Shown in pieces: positions 50,101 to 63,170 of a stretch of 64,000 nucleotides of DNA. The notes below the pieces were generated by a model. That model was not told the DNA's origin. It searched no databases and worked only from the letters and a program-made list of their open reading frames with translations. The translations under genes were made by a program, and so were the position numbers. Positions within the stretch are counted from its first letter, which is position 1, and each line of letters opens with the position of its first letter. This DNA is from Lingula anatina (taxonomy: Eukaryota > Animalia > Brachiopoda), in contig CM120648.1 in assembly GCA_051362555.1 (NCBI GenBank), forward strand, positions 10,288,587 to 10,352,586, read 5' to 3'.

Positions 50101-53100
50101 CAAGCTGACCAAACATGGCTCTGATCTGTCCACCACATCTTCGGCCAGCTATATCACCGAGGACGACCTGGCAAGTGTTCCCGAGAGGCTCCAGGAGTTT
50201 GAGGATGAACGGAGGATCAGTGAGACAGGCAGTGCTAGCTACCTTACTCTGGTGAGTTAAAGCTGTCAGATATATAAAGGCAGATAACCAGTTTAACAGG
50301 TTAAGATAGCAAATTTCTATATTATCCAGGAAGTTTTTTGTGAATTTTTTCCTTTTATCACCAAGGTATATATACCTCACTGAGTTTTTTTTTTTTTTTT
50401 TTCTGAAGTAGTTGGAGTTGACCTCCCTCTCCTCCCTAAATGTTTTTTTTTTTTTTGTTTTGTTTTGTTTTATAACTGTGTCTTTGGCAGACTGAGTGAA
50501 GTAATGTAAAGTTGCAATTTAAAACTGAATACGATTGATATTTGTCTAAATAATTATGCACCCATCTCTGCATTTCTAAATTTTTTTGACCCATTTCAGG
50601 AATCGGACCCAGAGCCTCGTCCTCTATCTCGCAGCCGAGCAAGTTCTCGGTTCAGCTCAGAGCCCCTTTACCAAATGTACAATCAAGATTTTATTAAGCG
50701 TAACACTTTGGACAGGAAAATGAAAATGCCAACACATGGTAATGATAAATTCAAGTGCCACTATTCTACTTTATTTTAATATATAACTTAAAGAGCATAT
50801 CGTGGCTGCTGATATTATTTTTGGACAGAAAATGGAGATTTCAAGTACGCAGATTTGAAAGATAATGTACATAAATTTTCTGCCAATTGCAAATGTATGT
50901 TATATATACATATTTGAAAATATTAGCCTGAAAGTTACCTTAATGCCATGTTATTTTGTTATTATTCCAAAATAATGTCATTTTCTTTGATTTAAATGAT
51001 ACGGCTTGGCAATCAAAACAAAATATTCAATATTAAGTAATTGGCAGTCAAAGAGTGATTGCAATTTTTTTTGGACACACTGTTCATAATATTAAAATAT
51101 GTATTAGAATGAAACATATATTCCTCCCTTTTCAAGCTGAAGAAGACAGTGACGAAGAGTCTAGTGATAACGACCTCTACGATGACACAGAGATTGGGCC
51201 CCTATCCCACAATTCATCAACCTCCGAGGATGTGTACAGCTACGATCAGGCGGAGGATGTAAGGAAATCTCAGGCTTCTGAAAGCAGTCAACACACGTCG
51301 AAGTTGTATGCAAAGACACCAACAGGAACTAGAACACTTTGGTGCGAGATGCCCGAGGTAGGTGTCACATCTGTAGCTGTGTCACTTCCCAATACAATTT
51401 CACATAAAACACATTGTCACACCTAACACATTATTATACAAAATCCAATGCATAAAAAAAAGGTTGATTTTACTCCTGATCAGATCTTAATATCTAATAC
51501 AACTAATATATGAAATATAATTTTATGTTTGTATGGCAGACTATTATCATTATTATTATTATTATTATTATGAAATAAAATTATATTCCCAGGTTAAAAA
51601 CAGCGGGGTCCTGGAGCGAATGTCTTCTACAGAGCGAAAATTGCAAGAGGTATGTATTTTGGTAGGAATGTAGAAGTTCAAATAATTTTCATTAAACCTT
51701 TGTTATTTTGCCATTTTTAGCTCTTTCTTAGTCATCTAAAATCAAGCAATTTCCTGTTGAGTTTGAAATTATTATTTAAAAAGTATATATCTCATAGACA
51801 GAGTTTTATGGCCATCCATTGTTTCAGGCAATTTTTGAAGTGATCACATCAGAGGCATCATACCTCAAAAGTCTTGACCTCTTGGTGGAGCACTTCATGA
51901 ATGCAGAAGCCTTCAACGCAGAGCATTCCATGAAGTGCGTGCTTGAACGGCGCGACAGACACGTGCTGTTTTCAAACATCAAGGCTGTGCGGGATGTCAG
52001 TGAGAAGTGAGTTAACTACCAATATAATAAATATTACAATCAGTAGATCAAAATAGAGGTGTGTTCATAATTTTTCTAATTTAAACTAACACACATTAGA
52101 AGTTACTGTATTGATCAGAAATTAAAGTGTAAAAATGAGAATTGTAATTTTGGGGAGGGTTTTTGTGGTCATAACTGGGGTCTGTAGACTAGCTGTTGCT
52201 TAGTGATGTCATTTAGAGTGTTTTGGATTTAAGTTGAAACAGGTCAGAACACGTCTTGTATCATGTCATAATACATAACAGCACAATACGTTTTTGTTTC
52301 AGTAACAATCACACAGCTAACATATGTACACTGCTGATAATACTGTTAGATATTAAGGAATTTTTTTCTTACAAGCACACTATAAACATTAGATCTTTAT
52401 AAAGTAGTAAAGAAACTGTTTTTTCCTGGAAATTTCAATACTTTTTCCTCAGCAAGATATATTCTATTAAATATAATTGAAATTTCCAGGAAAATTATTT
52501 ATTTATTTTGCTATATAAGGATCAAATGTGCCTTGTATGCTTATAACACAATCATCCACATTTTTACCACTTAGCACTCTCTTCTGTCACAGCAAGCACA
52601 ATTTCAATGCTGCACGATGTAATGCAGTCTGGAACTTAGTACATTCTTTTACACAAACAGCATTCGAAATCAACATACAGACATTAAGGAATTAGATGTC
52701 TCTCAACTCATAGATGTCTATATTAAACAGTATTGTAAATTCAATGTTTCAGGGGCGCTTGCCTTCCTACATACTTGACTTTGATATGCTCTTTAATCTT
52801 TCTTCTTTTAATATGAATCTTTACCGTATTTTATTCTCAGTATTTTCTTTTCTCTCTGACACTCCTTTGCAGATTTCTCAACGAATTGGAACCAAAAATG
52901 ATAAGCTATATGTCCTCGTATGTATGATATAATATATATATTTTCCTATTATATATTCATGTAACAGTGACTGTCAGAATGCTTCCCTAGCTTGGCTTGC
53001 TTGCATATCAAATGTAGTAAAATATATGTAAACTTACCCATTTGATAATGGCTTTATCTCATTTAAAATCCAACAATATGTGTGTCTATTTTGAGTCTGT

Positions 53101-54796
53101 GATAGTGTATGTGTAACTCTTTGCTCGATGTCTATATCAAAAATGTACAGGGTTTTAGCTACAGGGTGGATAACTTAAAATGACTTGGGGCTCATTTCCA
53201 ATGAAATTATCATTCAACACAGATCGATTCAACCCTGTGGGGACTCTTGCTGAATCCAATCAGTTTAGCAGATTAACACACCTCCATTTGTTTCCAAAGT
53301 AGTCGTATAACCACCAACTTTTCTGTATTTTACTCAACACCAGGAGGAGGAGTATCATTCAGTTAAGCTTGTTGTACTCAGCAAGAGTCCCCTCAGAGTT
53401 GATATGATCTACTAAGACCAATATTGTGAATGGGAATTGGGCCCTAAGTTCTTTTGTGAACTCATAGGCGTTTGTATCTTATTTGTGCATGTATGTTTGT
53501 GCCTAACTTATGAAGGTATGTATTGAGATGGTTTGTCATGTCATTTCTCACAAAACCGGGTGGAAAATCTTATTACTTGAAGAATTTAGCAATTGAAAAT
53601 GTTTGTGATTTATTCAAATGGAAACATTTTTATGCAGTAATAATTTTTGAAAATAAAATGGCTTGGAAAAATTAGTTATGATTTTCAGAGTCCCATCCCA
53701 CTCCTGCTGTCATGGTATATCCTCTGCCTTCTAATGACATATATTTAAGCAAATTAAAAAAAAAGATAGATTTATTTGTTCATTACAGCTTATGTGCAGA
53801 ATTATTATAAATGACCCATTGTATGTATAATCTGTCCTGCTGTATGTTGTAATTGTTGTGCTTCTGTGGACCCCTTGATTTTTGGATTTTGAAGAAAACT
53901 AACCATTAGGAATGTCAGCATGTTCATAGATAATGTTCACCTAGCTTGTAAAGTCTTAAATTCATGTGCTTGATGGGTTTTGTGCTGAAAACATTAAAGC
54001 ATGTTAAGGGCTTGGTTTTTGGCTAATTGTTAATTGCTATAAATACTTGATATATGAATAGGTCAAGAAAAGGTATAATGATTGATTAATTATACGTCAT
54101 CATATATACTAATACAGTGTATTTCTGTGCTACTTTTAGCTTTTTAAATATATATTTTTTAGATTCTAGTTTTTTATCCTTTATATGTGTTATTGCTTTG
54201 CAGTATTGTCTAACTTAATGGTTTTGGATGAAGTCTGATTGATTTGGTATAAATAAACCTATGTATAGATAAAACAAATAATTGTGCTTGATTTTGATAC
54301 CTTTGATCTTTGGCATGATTGTGGCCTGAGTTTCAGTCCGAAGGAGGAAGCTTCTATACTTTGAATCATTCTGTTAATTTGGATTGATATTTTCATTCTT
54401 GACTTTGAAAATTAAAATGAAGAACTTGAAAATGGGTTCATAATTTCATAATGATCATAATTTTCTCAGTAGTTTTGGATAGGGTAGATCTTGATCTTTT
54501 ATAGGAAAAAATGCTGAAACTCCTAGAAAAAATCATTATTTTTCTATATTCATGTGTAAAGTACACATTGTTTGTATTTAAAATCAAGTTTGATGTTAAT
54601 AATTTAGTGGCATTCTTGTTTTAATTTCAGATTTATGGAGGATCTGGAAGACACCTGGAAGAAGAGCATCCATCTAACAGATCTGTGTGACGTCATCACT
54701 CATCACGCTGAGAAAAACTTCCAAGTCTACGTCACTTACTGCAGTAACCAGATGTACCAAGATAGGACACTGAAGAAATTACAGTACGTGTGTGAA

Positions 54797-54859
<63 letters not shown>

Positions 54860-55809
54860 GTGAACTTTAGTGTGTTTCTCCTATCAACCAGCTTTACTCT
54901 GTGATATATTATACATAATGCTCCACTTTTGGTAGAAAAATACTTATTTTTATTGTTGTTAAAAAAATAATTTGGACATGTTTTTTTTTTTTTTTTTTTT
55001 TTCAGAAAAGAGAACCTTGAATTCGTGGAAGAGTTGCGGAGGTTGGAATCGGACCGTGAGTGTCAGGGTTTGAATATGAATTCCTTCCTGCTCCTCCCCA
55101 TGCAGAGAATCACCAGACTTCCTCTGTTGATAGACGCCATACACCACCGCATGGAGAGTGGGACAAAGGAGCACCAAGCCGCCCTACATGCACATGGGGT
55201 GCTCCAGAAGGTGACCAAAACCAAATTCAATCTACTTGTTATGATGTTTTAAAGTTGATTATTTAAATTATGTGTGTGAGTCAGAAGTTATCTCGTCAAG
55301 TAGGATAGCTGCCTTTTTTAACCACTGGTAAGCAATATCAGAGACAAAAATAAGTATCTAGTGTTTAGTTAACATCACTTTACCCACAGGATAATTGCCC
55401 AGAGGATAACATTTTTTGTTGTAATGGGTAGTGTTATCCAGAAGATGGTGTTATCCAGTGTTGAGTTAAGTGGGCCATAAATTATAATATTTACCTTCAC
55501 CTTTGATAATCTATATTACAGCTGGTAAAGGATTGCAATGAGGGAGCAAGAAAAATGGAGAGAACGGAAGAAATGTGCAACATCAGCAACCAGCTGCAGT
55601 ATGCCAAAGTGAAAAAGGTGCAGTATTAAATGATTTACCTTTCTGCCTGCATTGTCAACTCTTGGTTCTGTTTGCCTAGTAAGCTCTTGGAACATTGTCA
55701 TGTGTGTGCTTGTAAGAGTATGTGTGTGTGTGTGCATGTTAATAAAAAAAATCTTTATTGAAACTGCAAATAACATCAGTATTAAAGATGGATTGAATTT
55801 TATGAAAAT

Positions 55810-55840
<31 letters not shown>

Positions 55841-58479
55841 TTTTTTTATTTATTACCAATTTTTACACTTCCAGAAGCTGGCCCTAATCTCCACCTCTCG
55901 TTACCTGGTAAAACAAGGCGATCTGGCACGTATAGTCTGGGAGCAGCCAAGTCGCTTCTCCCTTGGCAAACCCAAGCCTACAAAACAGACCCTCTACTTC
56001 TTCCTGTTTAATGATCTTCTTCTGGTCACCAAGAAGAAAGGGTAGGTTCTACTGATATTACAGGCCCGTAGCCAGAAATTTCAAAAGGGGATTTTTTTTA
56101 CTGAAAAGGTGGACCTTTTACAATGAACCCTTTCAGTACCTAGCTCAAATTTTACCCAGAATGAACCTTTTCCTGACAAAAAGTCCTTTTGAAGCCCCCC
56201 AAACCCTCCTGGCAATGGGACTGTGATAATGTTGCCAAGAGTTTTACCAGCAATCTGTGTACTGATAGTTACAATCATGATAGTTCCTTCAGTAGTAGGA
56301 TAGGGGGAGGGGGTTAAAAGGGCAGGGGTCTGATTACACATCTCAGGTTAAGTCCACAGTGGTACTTGTCTGTGCTGTTAGCAATGGCCCTACACCAAGT
56401 ACCTGTAAATTTGAAGCAGGGCCAGTATGATATGAATTTGTTTTATTTGTTAATGTCATACAACTTCTGTAAGTACTGCTGTCATTGATAATAATAGTAA
56501 TAATATTATTGATAATTGTAGTGATCATAATCTTGATATTTAATAATAATATGACCAATATGACTGAGAGGATAAAACAGACCTAAATATGCTATCGTAT
56601 GGTCTTCAAGTGTTTATATTCATCTTTATTGTCTCTGTATTCCAGAGATGAGTATTCAGTTATAGATCATGCTCAGAGGAGTCAAATCCACCTGGAGGAC
56701 GTGCAGTTAGACGCCATGCAAAAGGATCACCGTCTTCCCTACGGAATTCCCGTAGGCTGCGACCACTTGTTCATCCTGGTGCTGCTCTCTAATCACGAAG
56801 GCAAGAATGTGGAGATGGTCATTTCTTGCGAGTCTGTGTAAGGGCATTTTGATGTAAACTCTTTATGTCATAAAGTGTCATAAAGTTGCTTACTTTGAGT
56901 CGCTTGAACCTAGCAGCTACATATGAATTCAGAAGCGGCATGCTGATGCTGATTTTATTTGCGATAAGTCACTGAATTTACGATTTAAGTCTTTGAATAA
57001 CGGTTGTTTTATGACGTTTTCAAAACACTACAGTTAAATACTGAGGACCATTTTAGGGGAATGCTAGAAAAATATTTCTGTTGTAGGAGTGAGAAGCAGC
57101 GCTGGATGGACGCCTTGTCATCATCACATGACGAGTGTGATGATGAGAAAATCTACGAGGCCTGGGGTGAGTATTCCCAAAATTACGGTTCAGATAATTT
57201 TGATAAAACATGATTTTTTTGTTTCCAAAACCAAAACAGTGTACAATATTTTCCCCTTACATTGTAATTGGCTGAAAAATATTTTTTTGGGAAAATAAAT
57301 TAGTGGTAATAATTAATGGGATAATTTATATTCACACTGCATGGCAATATGATGAATTGTCATGTGAATAGAGATAATTACCTCCGCCAAGGAGGTTATG
57401 TTTTCACCCCTGTCTGCTTGTTTGTTTGTCATCAACATAACTCAAAAACTTATGGACCGATTTTGATGAAATTTTCAGGGTAGGTCAGAAATGGGTTAAC
57501 TTAGAAGTGATTAGTTTTTGGTGGTGATCCAGATCAATAATCAATCAATAATCAATAATAATCAAAAATCGGTGCCTTGGCGGAGGTTTGCGCTCTTGGA
57601 ATGCTTTTCTAGTGACGGTAATATTTTCCTGTTACAGCAGACTTCACACTCAACAAACAAATAAATAAATAAATAAAAAATGGTGAAAAAGTAATAAATT
57701 CTTTTCTCATTAGACTGTCCACAAGTTCAGGCTATCCATCCCTACACAGCCCAGCAGCATGATGAATTGACCTTGGAAGAATGCGATGTCATCAACGTCC
57801 ACAAAAAGATGGCAGACGGTAAGAATATTATCTTTCATTGGGGTAAATTCTCTCTAAATTTGAACAAATTTGATTAGTGGCATCTCCAACTTCAGTGTTT
57901 GGACTTTAAATGTCCATGAGAAAATGTAAAACATTCAAATAATAATGTAATTTGTGTTGTGGTAAGTTTTTGTTAAATTTGAATGAACATTGATTGAAAG
58001 TATCTCCAACAGCAGGGGTTTTACTAGTTATGGGTCAAGTTACAAGAAAATGTCAGATGGAAAGAACATAGTTATTTACCCGACTTAATTCTCCAAATTA
58101 GATTTGTGCAGAAGTAAATGGTAGCACCCCTAACTGCATTGTTTTCTTCATGAGTGAAATTTTAATCCAGAAATTCAGAATTTTGAGCTAGTTTGGAATT
58201 GGAATTGTAGTTTGGAAATGGAATTGTCATATCTTTGATATTTAAAATTCATGTTTTTTTTCCCATCTACTAGGCTGGTATGAAGGTGAACGAATACGCG
58301 ATGGGGAGCATGGCTGGTTCCCATCCTCATACACTATGGAAATTGTCAGCGAACATCTACGTGCCAAGAACCTCAAGATGCGTTATCGCCTCATGGTTGT
58401 TTCCAAGGCTATGTATGATGAACAGCACCAGAAAGAAAAGAAAGACAAAGATAAGAAAGACAAAAAAGGGAAGAAATGA
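36179..58479 (+). CDS. Ephexin/SGEF-family Rho guanine nucleotide exchange factor (ARHGEF26/ARHGEF16/NGEF-like; DH-PH-SH3), about 1641 aa
   Basis: 21 phase-compatible GT-AG exons: 36179-36549, 37559-38808, 39459-39552, 45223-45370, 45901-46610, 46871-47010, 48988-49167, 49673-49745, 50092-50251, 50600-50738, 51137-51357, 51593-51649, 51828-52006, 54631-54783, 55006-55210, 55522-55617, 55875-56041, 56646-56837, 57087-57166, 57714-57818, 58274-58479. Motifs: EPLYQMY; [36 protein letters not shown]; [15 protein letters not shown]; [16 protein letters not shown]; [14 protein letters not shown]; [15 protein letters not shown]; [21 protein letters not shown]; [18 protein letters not shown]. Linkage of the N-terminal exons is less certain than the DH-PH-SH3 core. 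Confidence 0.93.
38853..39060. mobile_element. MITE family with 'ttcccatagat..agatcga' ends (related degenerate copies near 21490-22230 and 53215-53420)
   Basis: ttcccatagatt.agatcga ... tcgatctaaaatctatgggaa; 'aactccctggggg'-like motifs are shared between copies. Confidence 0.5.
39578..39780. repeat. Degenerate minisatellite of 'tgtgacagtgtgttag' units
   Basis: Repeated 17-27-bp units immediately after the donor site at 39552. Confidence 0.8.
56061..56223. mobile_element. hAT-like MITE, same family as 4795-4921
   Basis: 'caggcccgtagccagaaatttcaaaagggg...aa.gtggacctttta...tacctag.tcaaattttaccc' is shared with 4795-4921. Confidence 0.7.
57378..57613 (+). mobile_element. Short non-autonomous Helentron/HINE-like element (second family)
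   Basis: TTACCTCCGCCAAGGAGG at the 5' end, a GTCT/GTTT microsatellite, asymmetric subTIR CCTTGGCGGAGG near the 3' end, a weak hairpin, and terminal CTAGT. Confidence 0.75.
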
Positions 58480-58650
58480 TGTACAGCTTGTAATTGGACC
58501 AAACAATATGAGGAGACTGATTTATTATGTCATATACAAGTATGTGCCCCATATACTCGAAGGCTCACTGAAGATACATTTTTGCTTGAATAGATAAAAC
58601 CAATCACAAGAGCTGATATGAAAAACTTTATTAAGCAAAATGTCCCAGTT

Positions 58651-61600
58651 TAGTAGGCTTGTTAAGAGGTCAAACGCTGCATTTTATGGTACAAATGTCT
58701 AACTTGGCATAAATGTTCCTTGGGCCAAAAGAAAATTTTTTATCCAAAGAGACGCCCTCTATCGCTACATTAATTAGCATTAATTATGCAAATTAGGTGC
58801 CAAAATATATAATATTTCATATTTCCATTAATTTTTGGCCTAGAAACATTTATAGATTATCAAACCTGACTAAATTAGGGACAAGGAACCCATTTTTGAT
58901 CATTTGGAAGCAATTGGTGGCCATTTTGTGCCTCAAATCCAAGATGGCCGCCACCCGCCATTTTGAAAGTGGACATAATTTTGCTATTTTATGTTGAATT
59001 TTGAAGCGTTTGGTCTATATATACTTGATATATATATCGATTCCTACTATTTTGGGGGTGAAAAAGTCATTTTTGATATTGTTTTGGTGATAGTAGGTGA
59101 TTTGAAGGGACAAAGAGGGTGTTTTAAGTGCCTACCAAGATATGTGTGAACACTGCAAAACCATGGATATTGATAACCCGTATTCAAATACATCTCAATG
59201 CGATTTTTTGTTATATACCATTGCTATTGGACTATATTATGAGCAAAAAAAACACATTTTTACCATTGTGGAGGCCATTGGTGGCCGTTTTATCCCTCAA
59301 ATCCAAGATGGCCGCCAAAACCATTTTGAACATGAGCATAATTCGCTATTTTGAAACTACATGTACTACATCTTTGTAAATGAGTAATACGTCGTTTTAT
59401 ATTATTTCCTGGTGCAGAATACATTATTTGTTTCTTAAAATTTGTGCCTCAAATCCAAGATGGCCCTCATACGCTATTTTCAAATTGAACATTATTCACC
59501 ATTTTGAAGCTATCACACCTTCATAAGCGTGCCATACGTCATTTTTGATTATTTCCTGGAGCAGAATGCATTTTCGGCTTCATAAAATGTAAATAGAAAC
59601 TTTTATAAGCCTCCAAATAAATATAGGATTCAGTTGCTACATGGACCTGCAGTTTATATGTACAATGAGTAATCCAATTAGTACAAAAATGCTTTTGCCG
59701 ATCTATAAAACAAGTGTCAGCAAACAAAATGGCTGAATTAAAGCAAAAGAATACATCTTTGACCGCATGAGGAAAATTGTTAGCCATTATTTTGATCAAA
59801 ACCAAGTGATGGTTGCTTGCCGCTATTTTAATAATTTGGTGTTATTTATAATCTTTGAACCGTGGGACCCTCATTCGCTTGTATTAGGTAAAATGGCACT
59901 ATTCTTGGGGCTCAAAAGTAATTTTCCAGTGCTAATTTGGTGACAGAAGATAATAAAAAGGTAATATAAGGTTGTAAAATAAATTCCAAGATGAGTTTCG
60001 TTGAGTCTGTTACAAAAATGTGGAACCCAAACCACATGCTCAAATATATCATCTAGATTTATCTTAAGTGACCATCCACTAAAAGATACTGAATACTCAA
60101 AGGAAAGCAATAAATATATATACATAGTGGTATTATATTATTAATCTTTTACTGGTCAATGTGAACCAAAAAGCCACATGCACATTTATGTCCCAGTCAC
60201 TGGGGCTTGCATTCGCATGTTAAATATAGCCCAGAAGATTTGAAGGGTGAAAAATGTGTCGTCTTATAATACTATGGAACTTGGTTAGTTGTGTTGATGT
60301 GTAAATGTCCGTGAAAGACAAGCAAATGGACTTTGCTTTGAAATAGCTCTAGATCTTGTCTGCAAAATCATCCAGCAAGACAGCAAAAAGAAACATGCAT
60401 GATCAGCTCTGGTAGGCCAATAAGACAACAGCTAGTAAGAATTGAGGTTTTGTCAGTGTCCTATGAGAAACAGCCAAACAATATATTAGAATCCAGTTTC
60501 CAGAGAAACATTAATGCATGAGAACATGTCGCATCAGAGGAAAGTGGTATCTTTACACAAAAGAATGAATCTGCAAAACCAACTAGAAAGCAGCAGCTGC
60601 GCAGGAAAAGAGGGATAAAGCAAAGAAGTCGAGGAAGCAGCCTCTTTTCCTAGTTGACAGTGCCAGTGATCATTCCTAGCATAATTTGGCCAGACAAGTC
60701 ATCTCACTACCAATAGAAATCCATAAGGCGACTACATAGTTCTCATTGTTTCCAATGGACGAACAAGCACAAAACATCTACAGTATATGACAACTACAGG
60801 AATATTCATCTTGGAATCATCTTAAAACACCTTATGCCTTTTTTATTATCCTCTGTCACCAGAGTAACACCAGAAATTAATTATGTACTTCCAAAATAGT
60901 AACAATTGATGTATTACGATCATATGTAAGTCCAACAGCTCAAAAAAGGTAAATTATGCCATAATTTTAAAATAGAGACAGGCTCTTGGATATGAACAAC
61001 AGAATAGCTAAAAGTAGTCACCATAAAGTTGAATCCACTATGCTGGTCTCTTGCACTTAATCTATGTCTGGCAAAACCATTTTAAAATTGTTATATTACA
61101 TATTTTTGCACAAATTTGACTTCAAGACGTATACAAGCGAAGGTGAAGACGTAAGCCTGTATTGGTGTTGGAGCCTTTTAATATTTTCTTTTTGTATTAT
61201 ATCTCAGAAGAGATAAGACACATGACTTCTACAACCCAAATGATAAGAAACGATGTATAACATGCTAGTGTAAGAGCAATAGCTTCAAATTGATGAGTTA
61301 TGCCTTATCCGTATTTCAAAATTGTGACTGGCGGCCATTTTGGATTTGAGGATCAAAATGGCTTCCAATTGTCTCCAAAGCACCAAGTATGTGTTCTTTA
61401 CCTTTAATTAAGCCATTTTGGTCTCTTACACTTGTTTCAAGCTCTTTATGATTTTATAAAACATTTTGTACTAATTAGACTACATGGCACATGTAAGTCT
61501 ATTTGACGACTTAAGCCTACATGCATATTCGTTTTGGAGAATAAAATAGTTTGTACTCACATTTTATGAAACAGATAATGTATTCTGCACCAGAAATAAT

Positions 61601-62362
61601 ATAAAACGACGTATTACTCATTTACAAAGATGTAATACATATAGTTTCAAAATAGCGATTTATGCTCAAGTTCAAAATGGATTTTGGCGGCCATCTTGGA
61701 TTTGAGGGATAAAACGGCCACCAATAGCCTCCATAATGATAAAAATGTGTTTTTTTTTGCTCATAATATAGTCCAGTAGCGATGGTATATAACAAAAAAT
61801 CGCATTGAGATGTATTTGAATACGGGTTATCAATATCCATAGTTTTGCAGCGTTCACACATATCTTGGTAGGCACTTAAAACACCCTCTTTGTCCCTTCA
61901 AATCACCTACTATCACCAAAACAATATCAAAAATGACTTTTTCACACCCAAAGTAGTAGGAATCGATATATATATCAAGTATATATAGACCAAACGCTTC
62001 AAAATTCAACATAAAATAGCAAAATTATGTCCACTTTCAAAATGGCGGGTGGCGGCCATCTTGGATTTGAGGCACAAAATGGCCACCAATTGCTTCCAAA
62101 TGATCAAAAATGGGTTCCTTGTCCCTAATTTAGTCAGGTTTGATAATCTATACATGTTTCTAAGCCAAAAATTAATGGAAATATGAAATATTATATATTT
62201 TGGCACATAATTTGCATAATTTATGCTAATTAATGTATCGATAGAGGGCGTCTCTTTGGATAAAAAATTTTCTTTTGGCCCAAGGAACATTTATGCCAAG
62301 TTAGACAGTTGTACTACAAAATGCAGCGTTTGGCCATTTTTTGGTTCTTAACAAGCCTACTA
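58651..62362. mobile_element. 3.7-kb non-autonomous DNA transposon with about 790-bp TIRs, probably Academ superfamily
   Basis: Ends are TAGTAGGCTTGTTAAGA...TCTTAACAAGCCTACTA, flanked by a GTT duplication (58648-58650 and 62363-62365). 58651-59440 is a near-identical reverse complement of 61561-62362. No transposase ORF was seen. TAG..CTA termini, a 3-bp TSD and long TIRs fit Academ. Confidence 0.85.
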
Positions 62363-62914
62363 GTTTGATATTATTAAAGAATACAGGAGATGGTGATTAC
62401 AATATTTGGAAGCAAAAAGATGGCATGCATTCACTGAAATGAATTTGCCACAAAATGTACAAAGCTTGTCAGTAAAGGACACCCTCTGCTTACACAAGTC
62501 TCTAGCTTAGACTTCTAAGAAGCTGAAAAAAGCATTCCCAAAATTGTCTTCCAACAGTCACAGATGGTGTTATGTCTGTGTTGATTTGTCTGAGAGAAAT
62601 GGTTTAAAAAGAAGCATTAACTAGTAGTTAATTATTTTTTAGAATTTTTTCATGACGTCTGATAATTATCTCTATGTGGTTATTCCATTCACTGCCTATC
62701 CCCACCCTATCAGTGAGTTGATAAAACAACTATTATGTAAATAAAAAATGAGATTGTTGCCAATTGTACATAAAATGGCTTAATTACATGCAGGGGTATC
62801 ATTCCACTTGAGCTTTGTGTAACATATCTATTTGATGAATATATGCAGTGAAAAGTACAGCTTTAAGTATATATCTCTATTGAACAGTTATCCTGTTTGA
62901 ACAACTGCTGGCCA

Positions 62915-63170
62915 GTGACATCACACTCGTGGTAGATGTGATGTCACACAGGCAACATGTTTTTAAAGCTGTGACATCACACTTGTAATAGATGTGATGT
63001 CACCCTGGCATCATGTTTTGTAAGCTGTGACATCACACTTTGGTAGATGTGATGTCACACTGGCATCATGTTTTTGTTAGCAATGACATCACACATCGGT
63101 AGGTTTGACATCACAGATGTGATATATGTGACATCATACTAGCGTCATTATTTTGTTAGCAATGACATCA
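62915..63170. repeat. Degenerate ~55-bp tandem repeat with an internal palindrome (gtgacatcaca...tgtgatgtcac)
   Basis: Units start at about 62916, 62971, 63026, 63083 and 63128; each contains TGACATCA and most contain its reverse complement. Confidence 0.8.

Noticed and set aside
58280-58597. 105-aa plus-strand ORF
   Set aside because: Wrong frame; the SH3-completing frame runs 58274-58479.
58797-62290. Mirror-image ORF pairs suggesting duplicated small genes
   Set aside because: They arise from the TIRs of the non-autonomous transposon and have no recognisable protein features.
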